This document shows positions 16,651 through 25,886 of a stretch of DNA of 62,372 nt, one piece after another. The translations under genes and the position numbers were made by a program. This DNA comes from a virus (lineage: Duplodnaviria; Caudoviricetes). The notes under the pieces are model-generated. The model searched no databases, had not been told where the DNA came from, and was given only the letters and a program-made list of their open reading frames with translations. The stretch lies in IMG/VR virus record IMGVR_UViG_3300025769_000109, positions 1 through 62,372 of that record; one strand, given 5' to 3'. Position 1 is the first letter of the stretch. Every line of letters begins with the position of its first letter.

Positions 16651-18444
16651 ATGGCGATTGACCAAGATATTCAACAGCGCGTTGACGCATATCGCAACAA
16701 CCCTCAAGCCCTGCAACAACGGTACGCCGCTAATCAACAGCTTCTTGATCTGTTAGCACTTCAACGTCTGAAGTCTGAGAAAGACGATGCTGCACGTAAG
16801 GTGCAGATGGAGATGCAACAGAATCCTCAGACTATTAAGCAGCAGCGTGAACAGCAGCTTTTGGACATGACGAAGCAAGACCTTGCTCAACAAACAGCAG
16901 CGATCATGCAGAACAAGCAGCAACAGCAGCAAAAGAATATGCAGCGGGTAGCTAAACAAGGTGCAGCGCCACCTCAACAGGTTCAGCAGTTACAGTCTGG
17001 CCTTGGCGCGTTGGCTAGACGTCAACAACAGCAGGCACCACGTCGTATGGCGGCGGGTGGCATTGTGGCCTTTGCAAAAGGCGGGGAAATAACACAAGCC
17101 GATATTGATGCTTACCGTCGTGGTGGCGGTCAAGCACGCCGTAACCGTGCGAAACTGACAGATGAGCAGATTAGAGCCATTCTTGAACGTGCTCAAGGAC
17201 CAGACACTTCTGGCTACGAAATGGTGCAGACCCGCCGAGGGCTTCGTCGTAAGCCAATGGCGCTAGATACTGCCGCAGAACAAGCACCGCAAATTGAAAC
17301 GGCGGTTCTTGAAGAAAAGGATGCTGCCCCTGTGGTTGAAGAGGTTGAAGAGGTTGCAGAGGTTGCAGAGGAAGTTGTTACTGAAGCACGAGACCCAAAT
17401 GCGGCTACGTTTGAAACGCCGCCTAGTCCACCTGAAGCGGGTGGCCTTGCTGCCATGCTTAAAGAAAACACGCTTACTACACCTAGCGTTGATCTTTCTA
17501 AAGTGGGCGAAGGAGGTAAGGGTATTCTTAGTGCCGCAGGTATCGGCGCACAAGACCCCACTGCGGCTATGAAATCGGCTCGCTCTGACGCTGCTTCTTA
17601 CTTAGGTCGTGACAAAAAAGCTCAGACGATGCAAGAGTATCTGGAGCAAATCAAAGCACTTGATGTTAGCCAGACTGATCCTAAGAAAATGCGTGACGAG
17701 CAAATCTCCGCGTTCCTGCGTGGTACTGCGGGGGGTGGTAGCTTTGGTACAACGATGGCTGGTGGCTCTGGAGCCATGGCTGCGGAACGTGAGAAACAAG
17801 AAAAGTCACAGCGTGATCGCCTACTAAGTCGCCTCAACATCGAGAAGAGCGCGATGGATATGGACCTCGACATTGCGAAACAAGCGCAGTCGTCTGGTGA
17901 TAACGCGTACTCACAAGCAATGGCAAATCAACGCACGATTGCGAACGTCATGGCTACAACCCGTGGGCAAGATATTGATCTCGCCATGAAGCAAGCCGAC
18001 ATGGAGTACCGCACAAACAAAGACAACGTGCAGAACATCTTGAAAGGTTTGGAGTTGGAGTACAACGAAGCGTTGCGACGTGACATTGCTGAAGGTGACC
18101 GTGCCGCTCGTGCAGGACAAATCCTTGGCGATCTTCAAACTGATCGTGCGCAGTTTTTCCAAGATGCGTTGGCGGCTGATCCGACATACAGAAACGCACA
18201 GATTGCTGCCAACCAAGAGAACCCACCGCCCAATGCGGATGAGCTAGTTCGTGCCGCTTATAACGCTGTACAGCTTCGTGTAACTAAGATGTACGAAGAC
18301 GCTGGCTTGCTAGATACTGAATCACGGCTCTTAAATATCCTTGAGGGTGGCGGCGGTACGATGCCAACCTCACCAACAATGCCGGGTAGTTTTGCCCTGT
18401 CAGGCGAAGGACAATCAGCATTAGAGCGTAATTTACCAAAGTAG
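16651..18444 (+). CDS. Putative ejection/internal virion protein (helical)
   Basis: Gln/Ala-rich coiled coil with MAAGGIVAFAKGG. Confidence 0.6.
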   Translation: MAIDQDIQQRVDAYRNNPQALQQRYAANQQLLDLLALQRLKSEKDDAARKVQMEMQQNPQTIKQQREQQLLDMTKQDLAQQTAAIMQNKQQQQQKNMQRVAKQGAAPPQQVQQLQSGLGALARRQQQQAPRRMAAGGIVAFAKGGEITQADIDAYRRGGGQARRNRAKLTDEQIRAILERAQGPDTSGYEMVQTRRGLRRKPMALDTAAEQAPQIETAVLEEKDAAPVVEEVEEVAEVAEEVVTEARDPNAATFETPPSPPEAGGLAAMLKENTLTTPSVDLSKVGEGGKGILSAAGIGAQDPTAAMKSARSDAASYLGRDKKAQTMQEYLEQIKALDVSQTDPKKMRDEQISAFLRGTAGGGSFGTTMAGGSGAMAAEREKQEKSQRDRLLSRLNIEKSAMDMDLDIAKQAQSSGDNAYSQAMANQRTIANVMATTRGQDIDLAMKQADMEYRTNKDNVQNILKGLELEYNEALRRDIAEGDRAARAGQILGDLQTDRAQFFQDALAADPTYRNAQIAANQENPPPNADELVRAAYNAVQLRVTKMYEDAGLLDTESRLLNILEGGGGTMPTSPTMPGSFALSGEGQSALERNLPK

Positions 18445-18450
18445 GTGCAC

Positions 18451-21400
18451 ATGGCGACTTTAGCGCAACTCGAACAAGCTCTCATAAATGCAGATCGGGC
18501 GGGTCGCACTGAAGACGCTCGTATCCTTGCTCAAGAACTTCAACGTGCCATGGGTGGCGCGGAGGTTGATCCGTTTGCTGCACAAGCGGAGATACGTGAG
18601 CAACTGCGTCGGTCTTCACCGGAAGAGTCGGGCTTTATTGAAAACGTGTTATCAGGCTTTGGGTCTGGTGTTGTCGGTACTGGCGAGATGGCTGCACTTG
18701 GTGCGGCTGCATTACTAGAAGAGGAAGACGAACTCGCTGCCCGTGACAAGATCAAAGCTGCCGCAGAATCATTTCGGCCTGAAGGTGGTGACCAAGACTC
18801 GCTAGCCTACAAAATATCCTCTGGTGTTGGTTCTGTTGCTGGTGCGCTTGGTGCCGCCGCTGCCGCTACGTATGGTGCTGGCGCACTTGGTGTTGGCGCA
18901 GTAGGTGCTGGTCTTGCAGGTTTGGGTACCGCAGGTGCTATCGGCGTCGGTGCTGGTGCTGGTGAAGCTAGCGAACGTGCACGTGCCGCAGGTGCTACCG
19001 AAGAAGAACGCGCAGCGGCTACACGCAGAGGCGCGGCAATCGGATCACTCGAAGTATTACCACTTGGTCGTATTCTTAAAATTCCCGGTGTGTCCAAGCT
19101 CGCTGAGAAAATCGGTGGTAAAGCTGTCGAGGAAGGTGGAAGCCGAATCCGTAGCGCATTGACCACTGGTGGTGCTGAAGCCGCACAGGAAGCTAGTGCC
19201 GCGTTCTTACAGAACCTTAACGAGCGTGGCTACAACGTAGAGAAAGAGCTACTAGACGCAGGTATTATCGACGAAGCTATCGCTGGCGGCGGTGCAGGTG
19301 CAATCGTACAGGGTGTCGTAGACTTTTTTGTTCGAGGCAAGACCCCGAGGCGTACCGCGACCGAAATTGATAGCGAAGCGCCAGAGACCGCAGAAGTTGA
19401 GGTCACTGAACCTACACGTACTGAGGACGAAATACGTGAAGCAGAAGCAGCATCGCTAGAAGCCCGTGCACTGGCAGCAGCAGACCGTGGTGACGAACGT
19501 AAGTTTGAGCAGGCAGCGGCTGAAGCCGCACAGCCTGACTTGTTTCCACGTGAACTAGAAAAAGCGAGAAAGGCCCGCCCAGAGGCCGCACTGCGTGGTC
19601 AGCTAGAGTCAGAAGGGGCAGAACGAGTACCGCAGCGAGAAGGTATTAGAGAAGAACCTAAGCCAACACCGCCGCAACCCATCCCCGTACAAGAAGATAT
19701 GATCGACCGTCTGGATAAGATGGAGATCGACGATGCTGAGATCGCTGAGATCGAAGCGATGCTACAGGCAGATGAGCAAGCCGTTGCCGAACTAGATCGG
19801 ATGCGCGGTGAGTCTGAGCTTGAAACCATGGATGCCCGTCGGAAAGGCGATCAGGCACGGCGTAGCACGGATAAGCGTTACAGCATCCTGCAAAAGACCA
19901 TTGAAGAGAACCCTACGCGTAACTACAACACGCTGTCGAAGAACTTTGAAAAAGCACTCAAAGCCGAAGGCATCAAGAAAACCAAGGCAACTGAGAGTGA
20001 AATCAAGACGATTCGCCGTGCAGTAAACGTACAGCGTGCGGAGAAGCCCGAACCACCCACGACACCTGAGATCACTCCACCGCCAGAAGCTACACAACTT
20101 GCAGAAATGGAAGCACGTATCCCAGAACGTAAGGAACGTGCACCTGTTACTCCGTCACAACTATCGTTCCCCGGTATGGGGCGTCGTAAGACACCACCTG
20201 TAAAGGAGACACCACCCGCTCCGAAGACAGTAACGAAAGAGTTTATGGACGGTCTCGGCATTTCACCCGCCGCTCCAATACGCAAACGCACGGAAGGTAA
20301 AGACCTTAACGACCCTGCGATACGTGAGCAGTTCGTGAAGTTTGCCAATAACCCCAAGGTGGGACAGCAAGCTCGGCTGAATGTGGCGAGAGAACTAGAA
20401 GGCGTGCCAGAAGCACAGCTTGAATTGTTCCAGCCCCAGCCTCGTGGACGTGTCGCCGCTGTACAAGGAGGCCCCGATGCGAGGATTAGAGAACCTCAAC
20501 CAGTGCGAGGTGGAGTTAGCGTTCCAACTCCTCGACCGCCTGTGGGAGAAACAGGAGGAGTTCCTGCACGTCCAAGAGCTACCGAAGTGCCTACAGCACC
20601 TCGAAGAGGAAGAGTGGCAAGTGCTCGGCGTAGCGTTGGAGAGCCTGTACGAGGAGCGACAGAACAGCAGCTTACACTAGATTTACCTGAGCCAATCGCT
20701 GCGCCGAAAGTAGAGACACCCAAGCCAACAAGAAAAGCGGCACCGAAAAAACGTGTGGCTAAGAAGAAGGCTCCTACACAACCCCGGGAAGCTCAGGAGT
20801 TAACCACTACACGTAAACAAGTCACCACAAAAGAACCGAAGAGGACAACCTCTACGACGCGCAAAGTGATGCCTACGTTGCAGGTCAAGAAGACTACCCC
20901 GGCGCTGGCTCCTAAAGACAACGCAACAAAACAACTTAGGGCGAAGTTTGAGGAACAAAACGAGCAGACACAAAAATACGCGACCGAACTTAGCAAAGAC
21001 TTCCAAGATACGGTTGGTGACGAGAAGACCTCAGTTGATGATCGGCTGAAGATTCTCACCTTGCTTACTGGTGGTGCAAAGGCCCGCGATAAGGACGGCA
21101 ATGCCGTGGTAACTTATTTGAGTAAGTACCCTCGACCCACCGACGGCTTGTACGCGGCGATCTATGACGTGGCAAACCAGTCACCACAGTTCCGTAGAAC
21201 CAACGAGACCACTGCACAGGAAGCAGCGATCTTTGAAGGTACGGGCAAGAAAACAGGTCAGCGTGTGTTGGACTGGGCGAAAGCTAACCTGTCCGATAAG
21301 ACGAACAAATGGATTGACGAGACACTAGCGAACGAAATTCGTGAGATGCAACGGATCGAGAACACCGACTATGTCGAGATGTTCCGTCAACGCGATGCCA

Positions 21401-24400
21401 AGCTAGCCGCGAAAGAAGCGGCAGAACAGGCACAGATCGAAGCTGAGATGCGTCAAGATGTACGTGCAAGCCTCAACGAACTGGCTCGCATGTTTGAAAA
21501 GAAACTCGAAAGAGGTTCTGTTATGGCGCTTGATATACCGCTGCACCCGGCAGTACGTGTGGCGTTACGTGAGAACAACTTACAGGGCGCACTATCATCG
21601 CTCGCAGCGACGACGCCAGATAACCGTGTACGCCAGATTGCAACTAAGCTGAGCAAGGTTGCAGGTGATACTAAAATCGAAATCGTCAAAGACATGAAGG
21701 ATGCAGGGTCGTTTGATCCTGAGACCAACACGATCAAGCTGGACGCAGACGAAGGGATGAACCCGCACGTGTTGTTGCACGAAGCTACTCACGCGGCGAC
21801 ATCGGCTACGCTTGGAAACAAGAACCACCCGCTTACTCGCCAGCTCACAAACCTTTACAACGACGTTAAAGATTATCTTGATACTGCGTATGGTGCGAAG
21901 GACGTGGATGAGTTCGTCTCCGAGGCGATGTCGAATCCAGAGTTCCAAGCCAAACTTGCGGCTATCAATCCTAACGGCGAAAAGATTAACGCACTGCAAC
22001 GCTTCTACAACAGTGTCGGTAACTTCCTGCGTAAGCTAGTCGGTATGCAACCGAAGAAGATTGATTCGGCGCAGACCATGGCTGACCGTTTGATTGATGG
22101 CATTCTTGCTCCCGCTCCTGACTATCGTAACGCACCAGAGCTTGCCATGGAGTCAACCGCTGATGGTGTGAAGCGCGAGGCCAACGCAGTCGGCGATGCG
22201 CAGAAGGCTGTAAGCCAGCCCACTATGACCAAGCAAGGTAAGGCGCAGTTCGGCGACACAGCGTCAAACGTCATGAGCAGTCTCGGCGAAGCGAGATCAT
22301 GGCTCGTACCTAAACTCCTTGATGCGCAAGCACTAGCTGACGCAGCATATTCTGTTAGTGACAAACTTGGTGCAGTAGCTACTAAGTTCTACGAGACCGC
22401 TGACTTTATGCGTGGCGACATGGGTAAGGCGCACGACAAAGTACGTGAACAAATCAAGGTTGTAGACCAATGGCGTGCCAAAGCAGGCAAAGAAGGACAA
22501 GCGCACCTAGACAACTTAATCTATAACGAGAGCTTTGGCGCTACGATCTATCAGGTTGACCCTAACAAGAAGCGGTCAGACTACGAAGGACAGACTGACG
22601 AGAGCGGTAACGACCTAGCAAAAGTCTGGGATGCGCAACGTGCCGATTGGAAAGCACTTGGTGCCAGTGGTCAGAACGCTTACCGCACCATGCAGAAAAT
22701 GTATCGCGCTCAGTTTGAAGAGTTGAAAGCGGTGATCGACGGGCGTATCGACCGCCTCCTTGAGAACAATCCTGATGCGGCTACTGAACTAAAGAACGAA
22801 GTTTTCTCCAAGCTGTTCGAGAACAAAACGCTCGACGTGTACTTCCCCTTGTTGCGTGAAGGCCGATACAAAATCGAGTACACCTTCAAGAATGCCAAGG
22901 ATGGGCGTGACACCTATGTATTCCAGATGATGGATAACAAGGCACAACGCGACCGTCTGGCGGAGGAACTACGTGCTGACCCTGACGTGGTAACAAGTTC
23001 TGTTAAGACAGGTGATGGTGACTTCAGGAACTACGACTTCAGCAATGCACCGTCCACGTCTTTTGTCGGCAATGTCATCAAAATCCTCGACGAGAACGGC
23101 AAAGGTCTACAGGGCGCTGAGAAGGACGCGTACGACGAAAACAAAGCTGACATCATGAATTTGTTTATTGATGCGCTCCCGGAAAGTTCGTTCGCTAAGT
23201 CCCTGCAAAGACGTAAGGGTACACCGGGCTACATGACCGATTCAATTTACGCCATGAAGACCAAAGGTTTTGACCTTGCGCGTCAGATTGAAAAGCTGAA
23301 GTACACCGCACAGTTCCAACAGCTTGAAGCCGAACTTGCAGAAGTGCAGGGTGAACCTCCCCAAGGCGCAGACTACAAGTTCAACCAGATTGCTGACCAG
23401 TTACAGACACGCATTAACTTTGCTAAGTACGGTGCGAAGAACAAGGGTGTGGAGCAGTTTGTACGCTTTGCCAACCAAACCGCGTTTGTTTATACGCTCG
23501 GCGGTAACGTGGCATCAGCCGCTGTGCAGTTGTTCCAGACCCCGATGTTTACCTTCCCGATGTTGGGAGCACGGTACGGATACCAGAAGACTTACGACGA
23601 AATCATGAACGCATCGTCCATCGTGACAGGTGCAAAGATGAACGCCGAAACAATCAAAGAAGCAACGGGGCTACGTGGTAAGGCAGGTGCCGCGACCAGA
23701 AAAATCTCTATCGCGCACGGTCTCGACTCGTACTATGACGTCACTGACAACGGTGACTTTGTAGTGAAGAAGGACCTTGGCGTTCCTGACGAGCGTGTAA
23801 AGGAGTTAGAGCGTCTGGCCCCACTTGTGCAGCTAATGCACGCACGTGGACATCTCAACCGTTCGTTCTTGTTTGACCAGTTGGGTATTGAAGAAGGTGG
23901 CAAGGCTCGCCGCCGTGGTGGACTGGGTCAGCAGATCGCCAACGCTATCGACTTTGGCACAGGTGCTTCGGCTCTTATCTTTAACCAGTCTGAACGGTAC
24001 AACCGCCAAGTTACCGCCGTTGCGTCATATAACCTAGCTTTGGAGCGCATCACCGCTGAGAACCCTAAGATGCCACTACGTGAGCGTCAGGATAAGGCGG
24101 CTGTAGAAGCTCTGTATGACACGCAAGAATACAATGGTGGTTCGACACTCGAAACGGCACCGCGCATCGCACAGGAAGGTCTAGGCCGCGTGGCGATGAT
24201 GTATAAGACGTACGGTCTGCGCATGTACTACAACATGATTAAGACTATGCGTCAGTTGGCAGACAATGCGTTTGCCAGCGATGCCGAGGGCAAAATGCTA
24301 CGCAACATTGCGCTCAAGCAAATGATCGGTATACATGGTTCGGCTCTGTTCTTTGCGGGTATCCACGGTATCCCACTGTACGGCGCGGTTCAGTTACTTG

Positions 24401-25185
24401 CTGATGCCTTCTTACTGGGTGACGAAGACGATGACTTCAACAGCATCGTCCGTAACTATGTCGGCGAAGGCTGGTACAAAGGTGCGTTCAACCAGATACT
24501 CGACCAAGCAGGTGTGGGTGCTGACGTAGCATCACGTGTTCGCTTAACGGGGCTGCTCATCCAAGAGAACCGCTACAATACTGAACCGTCACCAGAAGAG
24601 TTCCTTGGCTTCTACCTTGGTGGTCCTGCACTCAGTATCTATAAGCGTATTGATCGCGGCATTACTGACTTACGCAACGGTGAGTTTGAGCGTGGGTTCG
24701 AGAACATCATGCCAACTGCTATCTCCAACGGGTACAAAGCCCTTGGTCGGTACCGCCAAGACGGGGGTATCTACTCACGCCGTGTCGATCCTATCTATGA
24801 CGACATGACAGGTGGTGAGTTGTTTGCACAGATGCTCGGCTTTGCGCCAGCAGAATACTTACGCATCCAAGAAGAGAACCAACGTGTTAAGCGTATCGAC
24901 ATTGAACTGGGCAGACAGCGGTCTAACCTGACCAAGAAATACTATGTTGCCGCACGGCAGGGTGACTGGGCAGAAATCGCACGGCTTGAGCAAGAGATTT
25001 TGGAGTTCAACCGTAAACATCCTAGTTTTGAATTAACTCTGGACGCTATCAATCGTTCGTTGGAACAACACATGAAAACATCTGAGGAGATGTATAACGG
25101 TGTGTCACTTTCCCCGGCAATGCGTCGAGCAGCAGAGGAACATCTTTATGGTGTGAGGAACGGGTTTATGCCACCCGTGAGATAG
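18451..25185 (+). CDS. Large ejection/polyvalent protein with zincin-like metallopeptidase motif (2244 aa)
   Basis: N-terminal Gly/Ala hydrophobic hairpins, VLLHEATH plus downstream DEFVSEA, last gene of ejection block. Confidence 0.7.
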   Translation: MATLAQLEQALINADRAGRTEDARILAQELQRAMGGAEVDPFAAQAEIREQLRRSSPEESGFIENVLSGFGSGVVGTGEMAALGAAALLEEEDELAARDKIKAAAESFRPEGGDQDSLAYKISSGVGSVAGALGAAAAATYGAGALGVGAVGAGLAGLGTAGAIGVGAGAGEASERARAAGATEEERAAATRRGAAIGSLEVLPLGRILKIPGVSKLAEKIGGKAVEEGGSRIRSALTTGGAEAAQEASAAFLQNLNERGYNVEKELLDAGIIDEAIAGGGAGAIVQGVVDFFVRGKTPRRTATEIDSEAPETAEVEVTEPTRTEDEIREAEAASLEARALAAADRGDERKFEQAAAEAAQPDLFPRELEKARKARPEAALRGQLESEGAERVPQREGIREEPKPTPPQPIPVQEDMIDRLDKMEIDDAEIAEIEAMLQADEQAVAELDRMRGESELETMDARRKGDQARRSTDKRYSILQKTIEENPTRNYNTLSKNFEKALKAEGIKKTKATESEIKTIRRAVNVQRAEKPEPPTTPEITPPPEATQLAEMEARIPERKERAPVTPSQLSFPGMGRRKTPPVKETPPAPKTVTKEFMDGLGISPAAPIRKRTEGKDLNDPAIREQFVKFANNPKVGQQARLNVARELEGVPEAQLELFQPQPRGRVAAVQGGPDARIREPQPVRGGVSVPTPRPPVGETGGVPARPRATEVPTAPRRGRVASARRSVGEPVRGATEQQLTLDLPEPIAAPKVETPKPTRKAAPKKRVAKKKAPTQPREAQELTTTRKQVTTKEPKRTTSTTRKVMPTLQVKKTTPALAPKDNATKQLRAKFEEQNEQTQKYATELSKDFQDTVGDEKTSVDDRLKILTLLTGGAKARDKDGNAVVTYLSKYPRPTDGLYAAIYDVANQSPQFRRTNETTAQEAAIFEGTGKKTGQRVLDWAKANLSDKTNKWIDETLANEIREMQRIENTDYVEMFRQRDAKLAAKEAAEQAQIEAEMRQDVRASLNELARMFEKKLERGSVMALDIPLHPAVRVALRENNLQGALSSLAATTPDNRVRQIATKLSKVAGDTKIEIVKDMKDAGSFDPETNTIKLDADEGMNPHVLLHEATHAATSATLGNKNHPLTRQLTNLYNDVKDYLDTAYGAKDVDEFVSEAMSNPEFQAKLAAINPNGEKINALQRFYNSVGNFLRKLVGMQPKKIDSAQTMADRLIDGILAPAPDYRNAPELAMESTADGVKREANAVGDAQKAVSQPTMTKQGKAQFGDTASNVMSSLGEARSWLVPKLLDAQALADAAYSVSDKLGAVATKFYETADFMRGDMGKAHDKVREQIKVVDQWRAKAGKEGQAHLDNLIYNESFGATIYQVDPNKKRSDYEGQTDESGNDLAKVWDAQRADWKALGASGQNAYRTMQKMYRAQFEELKAVIDGRIDRLLENNPDAATELKNEVFSKLFENKTLDVYFPLLREGRYKIEYTFKNAKDGRDTYVFQMMDNKAQRDRLAEELRADPDVVTSSVKTGDGDFRNYDFSNAPSTSFVGNVIKILDENGKGLQGAEKDAYDENKADIMNLFIDALPESSFAKSLQRRKGTPGYMTDSIYAMKTKGFDLARQIEKLKYTAQFQQLEAELAEVQGEPPQGADYKFNQIADQLQTRINFAKYGAKNKGVEQFVRFANQTAFVYTLGGNVASAAVQLFQTPMFTFPMLGARYGYQKTYDEIMNASSIVTGAKMNAETIKEATGLRGKAGAATRKISIAHGLDSYYDVTDNGDFVVKKDLGVPDERVKELERLAPLVQLMHARGHLNRSFLFDQLGIEEGGKARRRGGLGQQIANAIDFGTGASALIFNQSERYNRQVTAVASYNLALERITAENPKMPLRERQDKAAVEALYDTQEYNGGSTLETAPRIAQEGLGRVAMMYKTYGLRMYYNMIKTMRQLADNAFASDAEGKMLRNIALKQMIGIHGSALFFAGIHGIPLYGAVQLLADAFLLGDEDDDFNSIVRNYVGEGWYKGAFNQILDQAGVGADVASRVRLTGLLIQENRYNTEPSPEEFLGFYLGGPALSIYKRIDRGITDLRNGEFERGFENIMPTAISNGYKALGRYRQDGGIYSRRVDPIYDDMTGGELFAQMLGFAPAEYLRIQEENQRVKRIDIELGRQRSNLTKKYYVAARQGDWAEIARLEQEILEFNRKHPSFELTLDAINRSLEQHMKTSEEMYNGVSLSPAMRRAAEEHLYGVRNGFMPPVR
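20477..20680 (+). CDS. Probable overprinted 67-aa helical protein in +1 frame inside the large ejection gene
   Basis: AAGGAGG at 20465-20471, ATG at 20477; Leu/Glu-rich sequence while host frame is Pro/Arg/Gly-rich. Confidence 0.55.
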   Translation: MRGLENLNQCEVELAFQLLDRLWEKQEEFLHVQELPKCLQHLEEEEWQVLGVALESLYEERQNSSLH

Positions 25186-25186
25186 T

Positions 25187-25585
25187 ATGGCTGAAGTAAG
25201 CGACGAAACAAAAGTCTCTGTCCCTATCCGCAACTTGATCGGTTTGGGCGCAGGGATTGTTATGGCTACCACTGCGTATGTAACGCTCAATAGTCGCATC
25301 ACTACGCTTGAGCATGGTCACGAAATGCAAGCGATGACGATTAAAGAGAACACTGCGTTTGTTCGGGAATGGCCTCTGGGTCTGCGCGGTGCACTGCCTG
25401 ACGACTTAATACAGAACGCCAAGATCATGGCACTCGAAGAGAAGAACGCTGAACTCAAAGAACTCCGAGAGGAGATAAGGCGTTTACAGTTAGACTTGGG
25501 TCAAGTGAACGCCAAGACTGAAACGCAAGAAGAGAAGATCGAAACCCTCTTTGACATCTGGAACAACCAAATTACCAAGCAATAA
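25187..25585 (+). CDS. Hypothetical protein with N-terminal TM and coiled coil
   Basis: LIGLGAGIVMATTAYVTL then heptad-rich C-terminus. Confidence 0.6.
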   Translation: MAEVSDETKVSVPIRNLIGLGAGIVMATTAYVTLNSRITTLEHGHEMQAMTIKENTAFVREWPLGLRGALPDDLIQNAKIMALEEKNAELKELREEIRRLQLDLGQVNAKTETQEEKIETLFDIWNNQITKQ

Positions 25586-25609
25586 AAACCCCCCTCCGAA
25601 GAGGGGGGT
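25584..25609 (-). terminator. Intrinsic terminator with C(UUCG)G loop at convergence of both gene blocks
   Basis: Minus strand ACCCCCCTC-TTCG-GAGGGGGGT then TTTT. Confidence 0.85.
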
Positions 25610-25664
25610 GTATGGAGAACGACAGACAGTCAGTGAGGGTAGACAGGCTGTCCTCCAAACCTTA

Positions 25665-25886
25665 TCACATCGTGCGCCAGAAACGCACTCCTAATTTTGC
25701 GTCCTCAATGCGTAACCTGTGTTCAATCGTCCACTGTCGTTCCTTTGCCACACCTAACACCTGCTTAATAGCTTCCTCTGTGTCGATGCACGGAACGAAT
25801 ATCGAAGCGCCTATCACCATGCGATCCCAATTTACTTCAATCGCCACGCCATCGGGTGACAAGTCATAGGTCTTCAATACCTTCAT
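25665..25886 (-). CDS. Small hypothetical protein
   Basis: ORF overlapping primase stop; SIFVPCID...GVRFWR. Confidence 0.6.
   Translation of the reverse strand: MKVLKTYDLSPDGVAIEVNWDRMVIGASIFVPCIDTEEAIKQVLGVAKERQWTIEHRLRIEDAKLGVRFWRTM

Noticed and set aside
18451-25185. Virion RNA polymerase in the large ejection proteins
   Set aside because: No convincing DxDGD or T7/N4-type catalytic motifs found by eye; needs a profile search.
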